Shown here in pieces: positions 28,639-38,810 of a DNA stretch of 64,000 nucleotides. The stretch is from the NCBI GenBank assembly GCA_964391725.1, contig CAYMNB010000002.1:860-64859 (forward strand), in the 5' to 3' direction. Every line of letters begins with the position of its first letter. Within the stretch, counting starts at the first letter, position 1. Origin of the DNA: an uncultured Anaerolineaceae bacterium. Its GTDB lineage: Bacteria; Chloroflexota; Anaerolineae; Anaerolineales; Anaerolineaceae. The notes beneath the pieces are model-generated. The model ran no database searches. It saw only the letters and a list, made by a program, of their open reading frames with translations, and was not told where the DNA came from. The translations under genes and the position numbers were made by a program.

Positions 28639-28670
28639 TTTTCTTCCTTTTTAAATACTGTATAGTCAGA

Positions 28671-29195
28671 TCACTCTGCAGGATAGCGGTCCCAATGGAC
28701 GGCTGCAGAGTCAAATTGCGTGCGTGGCTCGGGGGATTCTGCGGGATATCCAGCCAGAATAATCCCAAGCGGGAGAACATGATCGGGCAGCTGGAAAATA
28801 GCCCGCACTTCGCGTTCAAACGGCGGCACAGGATGGACACCAATCCAGCAGGTACCCAGGCCCATAGCAACAGCGCCGATTAGCATGTTTTCAATAGCAG
28901 CGCTGCCATCCTGCACCCAAAAACGTTTGCCAGAGGCATTTGCTGCCTTGTGTGGGTTACCCAGGACCAAAATAGCAGCGGGTGCATTGTAGTTGGCGAA
29001 ACGCATTTTTGTGCGGATTTGTGAAAGAATGAGCAGGTCGGTGGTCAAAATAAATTCCAAAGGCTGGCTGTTGGAGGCAGAAGGGGCTGCCATGGCCAAT
29101 TTTACCAGTTCAACCAGCTGGTCATGCGTGACTGGTTTTTCTTCAAATTTTCGTATGGAACGGCGTTTGTAAATGGTGTCGATGGTCGTGTTCAT
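28671..29195 (-). CDS. Nitroreductase-family flavoprotein (second, divergent copy)
   Basis: RRSIRKFEEKPV...MAAPSASNSQP is present. It sits in tandem with the 28054-28638 gene. Confidence 0.8.
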   Translation of the reverse strand: MNTTIDTIYKRRSIRKFEEKPVTHDQLVELVKLAMAAPSASNSQPLEFILTTDLLILSQIRTKMRFANYNAPAAILVLGNPHKAANASGKRFWVQDGSAAIENMLIGAVAMGLGTCWIGVHPVPPFEREVRAIFQLPDHVLPLGIILAGYPAESPEPRTQFDSAAVHWDRYPAE

Positions 29196-29331
29196 AAATG
29201 CCTTTCACTAATACATAATCCAATACCCAAGATTATAAGGGATTTAATATGGCAAATCAAAAGAGGCGCCTGGAAGAAACCAGGCACCTCTCACGTAAAT
29301 TTGGTTGTTTGAATCGGCCAACGATGGACTT

Positions 29332-30699
29332 TTACTTGACGGTGTTGTATACGTTGATGCGGCCTTTGCCGTAGAACGGGTCGGTGCCGGGTTGGCCAAG
29401 GTCATCAGCGCCTTTCGTTATAGCATTCCGCACCTGCGCGGGTTTACGTCCAACATCTTCAACCACCAATGCCGCCAGGCCGGAGACATGCGGGGCTGCC
29501 ATGGAGGTGCCGGCTGCACCAACTATGTAGTAACCGGTCTGGCAGGCGGGTATTACCAGGCTGGTAGTGGAACAAGCTGCCCAGACATAACCACCGTCGT
29601 TGCCGCCGGGAGCAGCAACAGAGATGGCAGAGCGGCCGTAGTTGGTGTAGGAGGCAGGAGCATCGATTTCATACCAGGGGCCGACATAGATATCATCGGC
29701 ATAGGTTGGTCCTGTCGCGGACACACAAATCACATTGGTGGCGTCGCAGTAGGTGTTGAACATGCTGTAATTGTGATCCATATCGATTCCATCATTGCCT
29801 GCGGAAACTACGATGACGACACCTTTGCGGTTGGCGTAGGTGAAAAGTTTGTTGATGAAAGCGACCTCGCCCGGGTATTCGTTCTTGTAGAAATAACCAC
29901 CCAGGCTCATGTTGATGACATCTGCGCCGTTGTCAACAGCATGCAGGATACCCTGTACAATGGCTTCACCCGGGCAGCTGCCATCAACCCCGCAAACCTT
30001 AACAGCCATCAGGGTTGTTTGAGTAGTGACACCGGCGGCTATAAGACTATTGCTGGCAACGGTCGCTGCCACATGGGTGCCGTGAAAATAGAGGTCCGTA
30101 AAGTATTCTCTACCAGGAAAATAGGTATCTACCAATGCATCGTCTTCAGGTATGAAGGATATCGACCTGCTAAGATCGACAAGTCCATTCAGGTCCGGGT
30201 AGGTGTAGTCAATGCCAGTGTCGAGGATGGCGACGGTTACAGCCGGTGAACCGAGGCGGCCAGCCGCCCAGGCATCATCTGCGTCGATCGCGCGCATGTT
30301 CCACTGCCAGGCATAGCGGGCGGCAAGCGTCGGATCAGCTGGGCTGGCGGGAAGCGTATCGACAGCGATCGGGTCACCGGCCAACATGCCGGGGTCGAAT
30401 GCGAAGTATCCGCTTTCCTGCACGCTTTGCACGCCGCGCAGCCTGCCCAATTCACTGGCGGCTTCCTCTGAAAGGCCCCTGACGATGGCGATGCCAATCG
30501 GGTGGGTGAAATCAACGGTACCGCCGAGTGCTTCCACACGGGTTTGGAAGTCTCTGGGCGCAGCGTTGTTGAACAGCACAATGTGGGAATTGCCCGGCAC
30601 GGTCTCATATAGCGATCCCGCGTAGGTCGGTGACGCCAGAAGTCCGGTTAACAGCATCACCAGGGTGAAGATTAAACTTAAATACAAACAGCGCTTCAT
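29332..30699 (-). CDS. Secreted subtilisin-like serine protease (S8) with I9-like propeptide
   Basis: Signal peptide present. Catalytic triad contexts are AILDTGID (Asp), HGTHVAATVA (His) and GTSMAAPHVSGLAAL (Ser). Confidence 0.92.
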   Translation of the reverse strand: MKRCLYLSLIFTLVMLLTGLLASPTYAGSLYETVPGNSHIVLFNNAAPRDFQTRVEALGGTVDFTHPIGIAIVRGLSEEAASELGRLRGVQSVQESGYFAFDPGMLAGDPIAVDTLPASPADPTLAARYAWQWNMRAIDADDAWAAGRLGSPAVTVAILDTGIDYTYPDLNGLVDLSRSISFIPEDDALVDTYFPGREYFTDLYFHGTHVAATVASNSLIAAGVTTQTTLMAVKVCGVDGSCPGEAIVQGILHAVDNGADVINMSLGGYFYKNEYPGEVAFINKLFTYANRKGVVIVVSAGNDGIDMDHNYSMFNTYCDATNVICVSATGPTYADDIYVGPWYEIDAPASYTNYGRSAISVAAPGGNDGGYVWAACSTTSLVIPACQTGYYIVGAAGTSMAAPHVSGLAALVVEDVGRKPAQVRNAITKGADDLGQPGTDPFYGKGRINVYNTVK

Positions 30700-30847
30700 T
30701 TGATTCTCCTTTTCAACTGGGGTAAATGAATTTTTGAGGGGATATTGAAATCAACAGTGCCCTTTAATTATACAGAGAAAAGCATTTTCATGAAATATTT
30801 TTAATGTTTCGTGAAAATGGTTAAAAGTTTGTACTCGATTGGGAGGG

Positions 30848-33800
30848 TTATTTCTGAATGGTTCCACCATGGCTTGTTGATGCCAGGATTTGTCCTTGAT
30901 AGGGGCTATACACAGTCACAGGCGCCAAGGTCGTAGATGCTTCTGCGGCATCCAGTGTAACGTAATAGAGCAACTCATAGGTTCCGGCCGAGACGTTGGG
31001 TGCGAACCAGTTAATGGTTTGATCCCATTCATCGATCATAGCTTCGAAAGTGCCAGGGCTGGTGCCTAACGCAAGCGGGTTTTCCGGTACGATGTGGATT
31101 GGATGCGATCCCGAAAACACCCCTTCGATATTCCATTCAGGAGGCAGAGGTAATGTGACCAGCAGGTACTGCTGATCGGCTTGGGCTGTCAGTGTGATCC
31201 TGCCTACGAAGGAACCTGATAGGTCTGCCTCTTCCATTGAGTGTATGGGCGTACAAAAGCCGGGCCGGCAATTGTCAAAGGTATCATAGATGGCATGTTC
31301 GACATTTACTCCTGTGGTGGGGGAGGCATGACCATCCGCCATAGGGGTCAATACAAAATACAGGTTTCCGTCACCCTCGCCACGAGAAAGGGAAAGCCAG
31401 GGGGTTAGGTTGTCGATTTCGGTATGGAGGGCTTGGCCAGCTTGTTCGACAATGGTAGCTGCGTTTTCTTCAAAGACCACTTCTGTGTTGGTGGTAATAG
31501 ACAGGTCATAGGTGCTGCCTATGCTGTTGGTAGACAGATATTGAGCGAGTACGGTCATGGTTAAGGCATCAGCGATTGAATTCAGGTCGGTTTGGTGGAA
31601 CAACCTGCGCTGAATGAGGGAGTGAATCATCTCACCAGCGAGGGCAGATGTGAGTTGCGATTTTTGCACAGCGGACGTCACCAAAGCCAGGGTTGTATCG
31701 ATGGAGTTAAACAGCGGAAAGGCGGAATCCGGCGCAAAGAAAATACCGGTTTGGTCGTACAGGGACTGATTCTGTATCTGTTCGATCAACGCCTGCTGCT
31801 GTTGACCGGTATCACCCTGTTGGGTGAATGCCATCAGCAAGAATGATTGCCCAACGATAGAGAGTGAATTAACTTCCTGCAAAAACATTGAAAAATCTTG
31901 TTGCTGCAAGCGCAGATTTTGGATCAGGTAACGTTGTAATATCTGGCGGTTTCTGTCTGTAAAGGTTTGCGATTCGATGTAGGTCAACAAACTGGTTTTG
32001 GCGGAAGTTGGCAGCTCGTCAACCTGCCGAGATTCTACCAGAGCCAGGGTAACGTAGGCGGTCAAGTCCGGGTCAGAAGTCTGGTTATGTTCTGAAAACG
32101 ACCAGCCGCCCTCCGGTCTTTGAAGACCGACCAGGTTATCGAGTAATTGGTTGATGGCACGCACGTCAGAAGTTGTGGATAGACCTAAGATCTGAGAGGC
32201 GAGACCTTCAGGATGATTGAGTCGGGGTATATCTCTTGCGGCCAAATAGGAGAACACCTGTGCTTCCGATGGCAATAGTGTGATCTGCCATTCTGATGAG
32301 GTCTGGCTGGCTGGCATCGGAAGAATGATGTTTTGTTGTGAGGGGGATGATAACAAACCACTAACGAAGGGCTGCCGGCGAGATTCGCTAATTGAGGAGT
32401 TTTGCAGGCTCTCTTGTATTTGGCCTGCGATATAAAGATGCGCATAGCCAATTGCAAGGTCATCGGATCTGGCAATCAGGTAAGCCTGGTAATCGGAATG
32501 ACCGCTTTCCAGCGGGAACGCAATGAAGGCGGTGCCGTTTTCATCTGTCGACAGATTTGTCAGATATATGGCTTGTTCAGCAGGAAGCGGTGACACACCC
32601 ATCGGTGTGTCAGGTGGTGAAGCAAATGGGCTTTGGTTCATCGTAGGAGAAAAAAGATGATCAGATGACCATGGCAGACTGCGTATGTACTGGTCGAGTT
32701 GATGAGCGAATGAAGCAGAGGGAAATCCCGAAAAATTCTGTTGGAACCACACCTGATCCACGCCTGTTTGCTCTGCCCAATCAGAAGGCAGCAGTAAGAA
32801 GGAATAATTGGCTTTCACCGGATTCCCTTCATTGGCTGTGACCGCCAGATTAAGCGTGGCGGTTTCTTCGGTAGAATTGAGGTTGAAGTCGGCCTCTAAA
32901 GATAATGACCTTGTTTGCCTCTCAACCGACAGAACGAGTTGACCAATCCGGTGAGAAACAACCCCATCACGATCGTCTCCGATGATAGTAACGGACAACT
33001 GTACTTGCGGGTAATCATTGGCTTTGATGTTGATATCCACAATCTCGCCCGGTTGATCAAGCTCAAGCATGAGTTCGCGTTGTTCGTCGGCGGTTTGCAC
33101 ACTGATCAACGCGATTGCTTTGGTGAGGAATGGGTTGGGGATATAGATCTGTGCAGTTTCGTTGATGCCATACAGGGTTTTGTCAGAAACCAGCTCGATC
33201 AGGTTTATAGCGGGCTCCAGCCATTGGGTTTGGTCCGCAGTTTCACCGTCCACAAAAAAGTAATGGTCTTCGGTATACCGTTGATCGGTAACGTTGATAC
33301 GATAGACACCCGGATCAGGCGGGGTGAAGGCGAGGCGGGCATACCCATCTTGATCTGTGATAAATGAAGTGCTTGCGATCTGGGTATAGACCGGACGGCG
33401 TTGAATTCTTTCAGTGCCTCGGTCATAGGTGATATTTTCTGTGTAACCCACCTTCTCTAAATTGGCGGAAAGGGCAATGCCTTCGTAAGGCAAGCGGTCA
33501 AATGTGTAGGTGTTCACCTCGATGCCAATCGACTCTCCCGCTGAACCCAGCCATTTTTCCAGTTTTATGTCAATGGAGAAATCCGCGGGATGCAGGTTGG
33601 CGAAAGTATGGGCAGAAATTGCCTGTGCACTCACAGGATCAATGGCTTGTGCGTGGAGGGTGATAAGATACTCTCTGGTGAGGTCCAATGATTCCATTTG
33701 GTCAGGCGATATCGAAAGAGAACAAGCACCCTGCTCATCTGTCAGGCATTCACCCGATTGGAGAAGGAGAGAGCCATCGGCATCACTGACTTCTTCGGCC

Positions 33801-36262
33801 ATTAACTGCCAGTTGACCGGTTGATTGGTGATGGGAGCGCCGAAGGCATAGTGGAAGGCAATCTGGGCTGTTACCGTATCCGAATACTGCCAGTGGGGCT
33901 GGTCAAATGCCGCAAATAGTTGATTGTCTGTTGTGGCATTTTCTACCACGGTCAACGGTAGGAAAATGTCAGAATCAGTGATGGATAACTGATAACCACC
34001 CAGTGGCAGGCTATCTGGCAGAAGGATCGAGCCGGCAAACATACCGGTACCGCTGGAAGCCAGTGTGATTTCCTGCACCGCGGACTGGACCTGGTTGAAC
34101 TCGTATTCCAAGGCCACCTTTATTGTCGGTGGCAAGGTTTGGGTGAAGTAGGGTGTTAGAATGACGGAAAAATTCACCCATTCACCTGGTGTGTACACCG
34201 GACGGTTCAGGAAAAAGTCAGCCTCAAATTTGCTGCTGGGATTTGTTAGTATATTGGTCTGGTCAATCGAAGCAAAGCCAAATTGGGGATGGCCGGGTTG
34301 GTACATGGCGGCATGCATCAGCGGCTGATCGCCGACTGGCAGGGTTAATAAACCGCGGGCATCGGTGCTGCCTCCATCAATGATTGCCCCGCGATCGTCA
34401 TAGAGGCTGACGGGGGCATTTTCAACGGGAGCAAGCGTCTCCATATCGACAGCCCAGATCAGCAGTTCATTGCCGTTTCTTTGCAGAGTCAGGTGGGTGT
34501 TCGCAGCAACTGCCAGGAATTTGTGGCCTGCATCGTCAGACAAACTTGTTGATGTGACTTCAAACAAGAATAAACCTGATTCCAGCTTTTGGTTGCGTGG
34601 TGCCAGAATCAATTCCGATGGTAGTGCCGCATTGATCAGATAAGGGCTCATCACCTGCACCCATGACCGGTCAAATTCCGGGTTGTACCATTGCAGGCAG
34701 TCAGGGGTATCGCAATACAGGCCGATGAATTCCTCAATACTCATCGATAAAGAGCGAATGTCCACATTGCGCACGTTGGTGGTTTCCACCGGCAGATTGA
34801 TATCGTTGAGGGGGATGAAGATCAAAGGAGTGTCAGCCAGCTCTTTCTTCAACAGGATGGCGGCCGGTGCGCGGCCAGTAAGAAACCGCTTGAAAAGCAT
34901 TGTACCCAATGGCTGCCCCCATTGATCAACCAGATCGGGAGAGACAGAGTATGAGTAATATGTTGCAGGCTGGAAGAAACCGCCATAGGTCAACCGGGTA
35001 CCGGTTTCATCCAAAGATGCGGTGAATGCACCGGGAAGACGTGGGCGGATATCGACAAGGCCGATCAATTCTTGTTCAGGGTCTACAGGATTGTTGAATG
35101 TGAAAGTCAATTCTGTGTATCCGCTGGATGCTACAGGCAGGTTGGTCGGAGGTGTTGTCTCCACTTTGAATGTGTTCAATGTGTTATAGGACAGGCGTAC
35201 GCTTTCTATCAATGGCACACCTGCGCGGGTCTTCGCGGCTGGATTCAGGGTGATATTGAGGATGTCATCACGTTGATAAACTTCAGAAAAGTTGATAATT
35301 ACCGCTGTTTTGGACTCATTCCACGAAAAAGCAGGTTCGATGGCGTTGCTGTTCTTGTCTTCGACGCGGATATTGGAAACGACGCTATCCTGATCCATCT
35401 CATGATTGAAAGTGATGACTACCTCATCGCCGGGATACAACGTTGATAGGTCTTGTGGTGAGATGGCAGTGACTTCGGGGTGTTCGGTTTTAAAGGTCAG
35501 CAATTGAGGTGAATCAGCAAAACTGGTACTGTATAGGCTGCTCAAGGCAGGATCGATGTTTATGGTGTAGTCAGCGGCACTGATCAACGGTGCGGAGGGA
35601 TAAAATATGTAGGTGCTATGGTTGGCCCATCTGCCGGCGCCAGGCACAGAAGGTTCCAGGGTAAATGCAGCAGGTTCGCTGGCAAGATCCTCACCTACGA
35701 TGGGTTGATTAAATGCCACCCAAATGGCAGTGTTGGTTGATATGTTGTTAGATCCATCCTGTGGATAATGCTGGGTCATCAATAAATATTCAGCTGTTTG
35801 AAAGTTCCATTCGGTTGCTGTCGCCATTGTGGAGCCGTTAAGCGCTGTAACTTCTGGGCCGATAGTGATGGTGTAATGCGCGCCGGTTTGCAACGGTTCA
35901 TCTACCTGATAACTGACAGAGAGATCATCCTGCCAGATGAAAATTCCTGAACTTAGTGGCGATATTGTGAAATGCTTTTCAAAGCTCTCACGATCAACGG
36001 CCTGGTTGAACTCAAAAGAGAACTGAGGTGTCAAACCTATGGTTGAGCCAGAAGCGGGTTCAGCACTAACCAGGGCCAGCGGCAAGATTGCCGGGGTGGG
36101 GGTTGGTGAATCAGTCGGCTGGGGTGTTGTTGTCTGTGTCGGACTGATTGCAGCCTCACCAGGTGTGTCAAGGTCTGTTCTGCAGGCTGTTAATGCAATC
36201 ATCAGCAGGGTCGCTAAGATGACCAAAATGACTGTAACATTGGAGAGTTTATGAGTCTTCAT
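30848..36262 (-). CDS. Very large alpha-2-macroglobulin-like lipoprotein (Ig-like/MG domains plus TED-like alpha/alpha toroid), apparently without thioester
   Basis: Lipobox LMIALTAC and a Thr/Pro linker. SbsA-Ig-like N-terminal repeats, an MG-type motif (NRPVYTPGEWVNFSVIL), and a TED-like repeat (LVGLQRPEGGWSF...DLTAYVTLAL). The position expected for P-Y-G-C-x-E-Q reads HPEGLASQ (32192-32215). Start MKTHKL at 36262 has RBS AAGGAA; the ORF opens at 36301. Confidence 0.7.
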   Translation of the reverse strand: MKTHKLSNVTVILVILATLLMIALTACRTDLDTPGEAAISPTQTTTPQPTDSPTPTPAILPLALVSAEPASGSTIGLTPQFSFEFNQAVDRESFEKHFTISPLSSGIFIWQDDLSVSYQVDEPLQTGAHYTITIGPEVTALNGSTMATATEWNFQTAEYLLMTQHYPQDGSNNISTNTAIWVAFNQPIVGEDLASEPAAFTLEPSVPGAGRWANHSTYIFYPSAPLISAADYTINIDPALSSLYSTSFADSPQLLTFKTEHPEVTAISPQDLSTLYPGDEVVITFNHEMDQDSVVSNIRVEDKNSNAIEPAFSWNESKTAVIINFSEVYQRDDILNITLNPAAKTRAGVPLIESVRLSYNTLNTFKVETTPPTNLPVASSGYTELTFTFNNPVDPEQELIGLVDIRPRLPGAFTASLDETGTRLTYGGFFQPATYYSYSVSPDLVDQWGQPLGTMLFKRFLTGRAPAAILLKKELADTPLIFIPLNDINLPVETTNVRNVDIRSLSMSIEEFIGLYCDTPDCLQWYNPEFDRSWVQVMSPYLINAALPSELILAPRNQKLESGLFLFEVTSTSLSDDAGHKFLAVAANTHLTLQRNGNELLIWAVDMETLAPVENAPVSLYDDRGAIIDGGSTDARGLLTLPVGDQPLMHAAMYQPGHPQFGFASIDQTNILTNPSSKFEADFFLNRPVYTPGEWVNFSVILTPYFTQTLPPTIKVALEYEFNQVQSAVQEITLASSGTGMFAGSILLPDSLPLGGYQLSITDSDIFLPLTVVENATTDNQLFAAFDQPHWQYSDTVTAQIAFHYAFGAPITNQPVNWQLMAEEVSDADGSLLLQSGECLTDEQGACSLSISPDQMESLDLTREYLITLHAQAIDPVSAQAISAHTFANLHPADFSIDIKLEKWLGSAGESIGIEVNTYTFDRLPYEGIALSANLEKVGYTENITYDRGTERIQRRPVYTQIASTSFITDQDGYARLAFTPPDPGVYRINVTDQRYTEDHYFFVDGETADQTQWLEPAINLIELVSDKTLYGINETAQIYIPNPFLTKAIALISVQTADEQRELMLELDQPGEIVDINIKANDYPQVQLSVTIIGDDRDGVVSHRIGQLVLSVERQTRSLSLEADFNLNSTEETATLNLAVTANEGNPVKANYSFLLLPSDWAEQTGVDQVWFQQNFSGFPSASFAHQLDQYIRSLPWSSDHLFSPTMNQSPFASPPDTPMGVSPLPAEQAIYLTNLSTDENGTAFIAFPLESGHSDYQAYLIARSDDLAIGYAHLYIAGQIQESLQNSSISESRRQPFVSGLLSSPSQQNIILPMPASQTSSEWQITLLPSEAQVFSYLAARDIPRLNHPEGLASQILGLSTTSDVRAINQLLDNLVGLQRPEGGWSFSEHNQTSDPDLTAYVTLALVESRQVDELPTSAKTSLLTYIESQTFTDRNRQILQRYLIQNLRLQQQDFSMFLQEVNSLSIVGQSFLLMAFTQQGDTGQQQQALIEQIQNQSLYDQTGIFFAPDSAFPLFNSIDTTLALVTSAVQKSQLTSALAGEMIHSLIQRRLFHQTDLNSIADALTMTVLAQYLSTNSIGSTYDLSITTNTEVVFEENAATIVEQAGQALHTEIDNLTPWLSLSRGEGDGNLYFVLTPMADGHASPTTGVNVEHAIYDTFDNCRPGFCTPIHSMEEADLSGSFVGRITLTAQADQQYLLVTLPLPPEWNIEGVFSGSHPIHIVPENPLALGTSPGTFEAMIDEWDQTINWFAPNVSAGTYELLYYVTLDAAEASTTLAPVTVYSPYQGQILASTSHGGTIQK

Positions 36263-36278
36263 ATGGTTCCTTTTGGAA

Positions 36279-37409
36279 TCAGTTTTCTTTGTTCTTGCCA
36301 CCCATGACCTCCACCCGAGGTTGAAGCGTCATCACAATGTCAACACACTCGGTTTGCGCTTTCATCACTTCATCAATGTTTTTATAAGCCTGGTAACTTT
36401 CGTCCGTGTCGATGCCATGGGTCAGTATGCCTGCTTGTTTGATACGGTGTTGATAGGCAGTTCGATCGAACATTTTTTTCGCCTGGCTGCGTGAACTGAC
36501 ACGGCCTGCGCCATGCGCTGCCGAGTAAAGGGAGTCGGGATTGCCTTTTCCACGCACGACAAACGCAGGGGTTGCCATGCTGGAGGGGATGATACCAAGC
36601 ACGTGTTTGTCTGCTGGTGTTGCGCCCTTACGATGGATGAATAAATTACCGGGGTATTCCCAGGCGTAGTTATGATGGTTGGAAATCACCTGAACTACCG
36701 CATGTTGGTATCTGTCTACGAAAGCATTGTGGAGTAACAAATGGTTGGCTTTGGCATAATCACCCATTAATTCCATCACATTAAAATATTCCTGTCCCTC
36801 TTCGGTATCCATGTCGAGCCATTCGTAGCCTTTTGGGATACCTTTTACGCCTTTTCTCTGGATATATCCGGCGGCAGTTTTGGCATAATGACCAGCCATT
36901 TGGTATCCGGTACCGCGCGAACCTGAATGGGTGATAAATGCACCCCATAGTTCACCTTCATCTGTAGTCGTGGTCATAAATGCAGCGAAATGGTTCCCGC
37001 CACCGCTGGAACCCAGTTGTGAATGTGCCAATTTTTTCAGTGATTGTGTCGATTTAAATTGATTCCAACGCGGATCATCCATGATGGGATGGTCATGATG
37101 GGCGGTGGATCCAACGCCAAAACTGGTGATATCTTTGATAAGTTCCAAAATCTGCTTTAATGCATCTTTCTCAGTGTCAGCTTCTTGGATTAGAAAGAAG
37201 GTGGCATGCATTCGGCAGGCAATGTCGTACCCCACGAAGGCCGGGCTAATGGCATTATTCAACGCAATCACACCGCCGATGGGCAGGGCATAGCCTGGAT
37301 GCGCATCGGGCATCAATGCTCCCTGTACAACCGGAGGTATGCTCATCGCCAATTCCATTTGGCGATAAACGGTTGTTTCAAATGGTCCGCCAAAAGATGT
37401 GTAGTTCAT
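36279..37409 (-). CDS. rtcB: RtcB-family RNA 3'-phosphate ligase (short form, 376 aa)
   Basis: MPDAHPGYALPIGGV, GYDIACRM, GSSGGGNHF, HSGSRGTG, HHNYA, HRKGAT and AAHGAGR match the RtcB metal- and GMP-histidine motif order. Confidence 0.88.
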   Translation of the reverse strand: MNYTSFGGPFETTVYRQMELAMSIPPVVQGALMPDAHPGYALPIGGVIALNNAISPAFVGYDIACRMHATFFLIQEADTEKDALKQILELIKDITSFGVGSTAHHDHPIMDDPRWNQFKSTQSLKKLAHSQLGSSGGGNHFAAFMTTTTDEGELWGAFITHSGSRGTGYQMAGHYAKTAAGYIQRKGVKGIPKGYEWLDMDTEEGQEYFNVMELMGDYAKANHLLLHNAFVDRYQHAVVQVISNHHNYAWEYPGNLFIHRKGATPADKHVLGIIPSSMATPAFVVRGKGNPDSLYSAAHGAGRVSSRSQAKKMFDRTAYQHRIKQAGILTHGIDTDESYQAYKNIDEVMKAQTECVDIVMTLQPRVEVMGGKNKEN

Positions 37410-37504
37410 AGGATTAGGGTGATTATATCAAAGCTGGAATGCCAACAGGTAATCGGAACAAGGCCTGTGTTATACTGGTTCAGACCATCTGGAGTGAGCG
37501 TCTG

Positions 37505-38065
37505 ATGAAGAAAATTCTGGCACTTGACGAAAGAATAACCAAAAAATTCCGACTGAAACCTGAAAACAAGGCAGCCTATTCGATTGCGTCCTTGTTGGCG
37601 CATAGCGGTGATTCCTGGTGGTGGCTGTTAGGGCTGTTTCTTGTTTGGTTAACCACTTTTTTCTTCTCTCCACGATGGCACTACATCGCTGGTGTGCTGG
37701 CTTTTTCTCTCTTAATCGAAGCCGCCCTTGTTTTGGGGTTAAAGTTTTTCATCAAAAGAAGAAGGCCTGAAGGAGAATGGGGCGCCGTGTATCGCAATAC
37801 GGATCCGCACTCATTTCCCTCTGGTCATGCTGCCAGGGCGGTTTTGATTGCCGTGATGAGCTGGGCTATCGCCCCGCTGTGGTTTGGAATTGCCACCCTC
37901 ATTTGGGCACCGCTGGCGTGCGCAGGCAGGGTGCTGATGGGCGTGCATTATTTTTCTGATGTGCTGGCAGGTATGGTGATAGGTTTCATCTCAGGCTTGA
38001 TTATGCTGCAGTTAATCCCCATTGTTGTGCCAATGATCAACGCTGCCATACCATTTGCTTTTTAG
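37505..38065 (+). CDS. PAP2-family membrane phosphatase
   Basis: The tripartite PAP2 motif is present: KRRRP...PSGHAA...GVHYFSDV. Multiple TM helices. The start is taken at MKKILALDE. Confidence 0.8.
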   Translation: MKKILALDERITKKFRLKPENKAAYSIASLLAHSGDSWWWLLGLFLVWLTTFFFSPRWHYIAGVLAFSLLIEAALVLGLKFFIKRRRPEGEWGAVYRNTDPHSFPSGHAARAVLIAVMSWAIAPLWFGIATLIWAPLACAGRVLMGVHYFSDVLAGMVIGFISGLIMLQLIPIVVPMINAAIPFAF

Positions 38066-38078
38066 AGGAGGCAGGTTT

Positions 38079-38810
38079 ATGCGACTGGCGATACTTTCTG
38101 ATATTCATGGCAATGGTACCGCTCTCAAAGCAGTGCTGCGGTCAATAACACAGCGGGAAGAAGAACCTGTGGACAGAATTCTTTGTTTGGGCGATCTTTT
38201 TAATGGACATGGCTCGGGTGAAGAAGTTATCCGCTTGTTAGATGAAAACAACGTGGAACTGATCCGCGGCAACCATGATGATGAAGTTGTGCCATGGGAT
38301 GCCATTGATGAACGTCATCACTTCCTGGTCCAAGCTATGCTGGAATGGGATAGTAATAACCTTGATAGCATACTTCTCAGCCGAGTTGCTCTACTACCGC
38401 TTTCGATCTCGGTGCCACTGGAAGACGGTAGGATGCTATGCGCATTTCACTCCAATCCTGACAATTTGTGTGACATGGTCAACTCACCTACCATCACCCA
38501 ACAACAATTTGATGCAGTGTTTGCGTCGATGGATGCTGATGTACTGGTGTATGGGCATTATCATCAACCGCATGTGTTATCTATGGGCGGAAAATTATTG
38601 CTGAATCCGGGCTCCGTGGATGGTACGGTGAGTTTTGAGCCAGATTTCTTCGCCAGGTATCTGATTGTTGATTCTATGGAAGATCGTCTGGTGCTGCGTC
38701 ATGCATGCGTCGCCTATGATGTGGCAGGCCAAGAAGAGATTGACAAACAAACCAATGCTCCTTTCTGGCAGTTTCGAGCGCAGTTGAAACAATATGATCC
38801 ACAACAATAA
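38079..38810 (+). CDS. Calcineurin-like metallophosphoesterase
   Basis: MRLAILSDIHGN, GDLFNGHG, GNHD and GHYHQP are present. RBS AGAGGAGG lies upstream of ATG 38079. Confidence 0.85.
   Translation: MRLAILSDIHGNGTALKAVLRSITQREEEPVDRILCLGDLFNGHGSGEEVIRLLDENNVELIRGNHDDEVVPWDAIDERHHFLVQAMLEWDSNNLDSILLSRVALLPLSISVPLEDGRMLCAFHSNPDNLCDMVNSPTITQQQFDAVFASMDADVLVYGHYHQPHVLSMGGKLLLNPGSVDGTVSFEPDFFARYLIVDSMEDRLVLRHACVAYDVAGQEEIDKQTNAPFWQFRAQLKQYDPQQ

Noticed and set aside
29305-30249. A 314-aa Gly/Val/Ala-rich ORF antisense to the S8 protease gene.
   Set aside because: It is the mirror frame of a gene with a complete Asp/His/Ser triad. Its composition is typical of antisense read-through, and I found no start context or motif.
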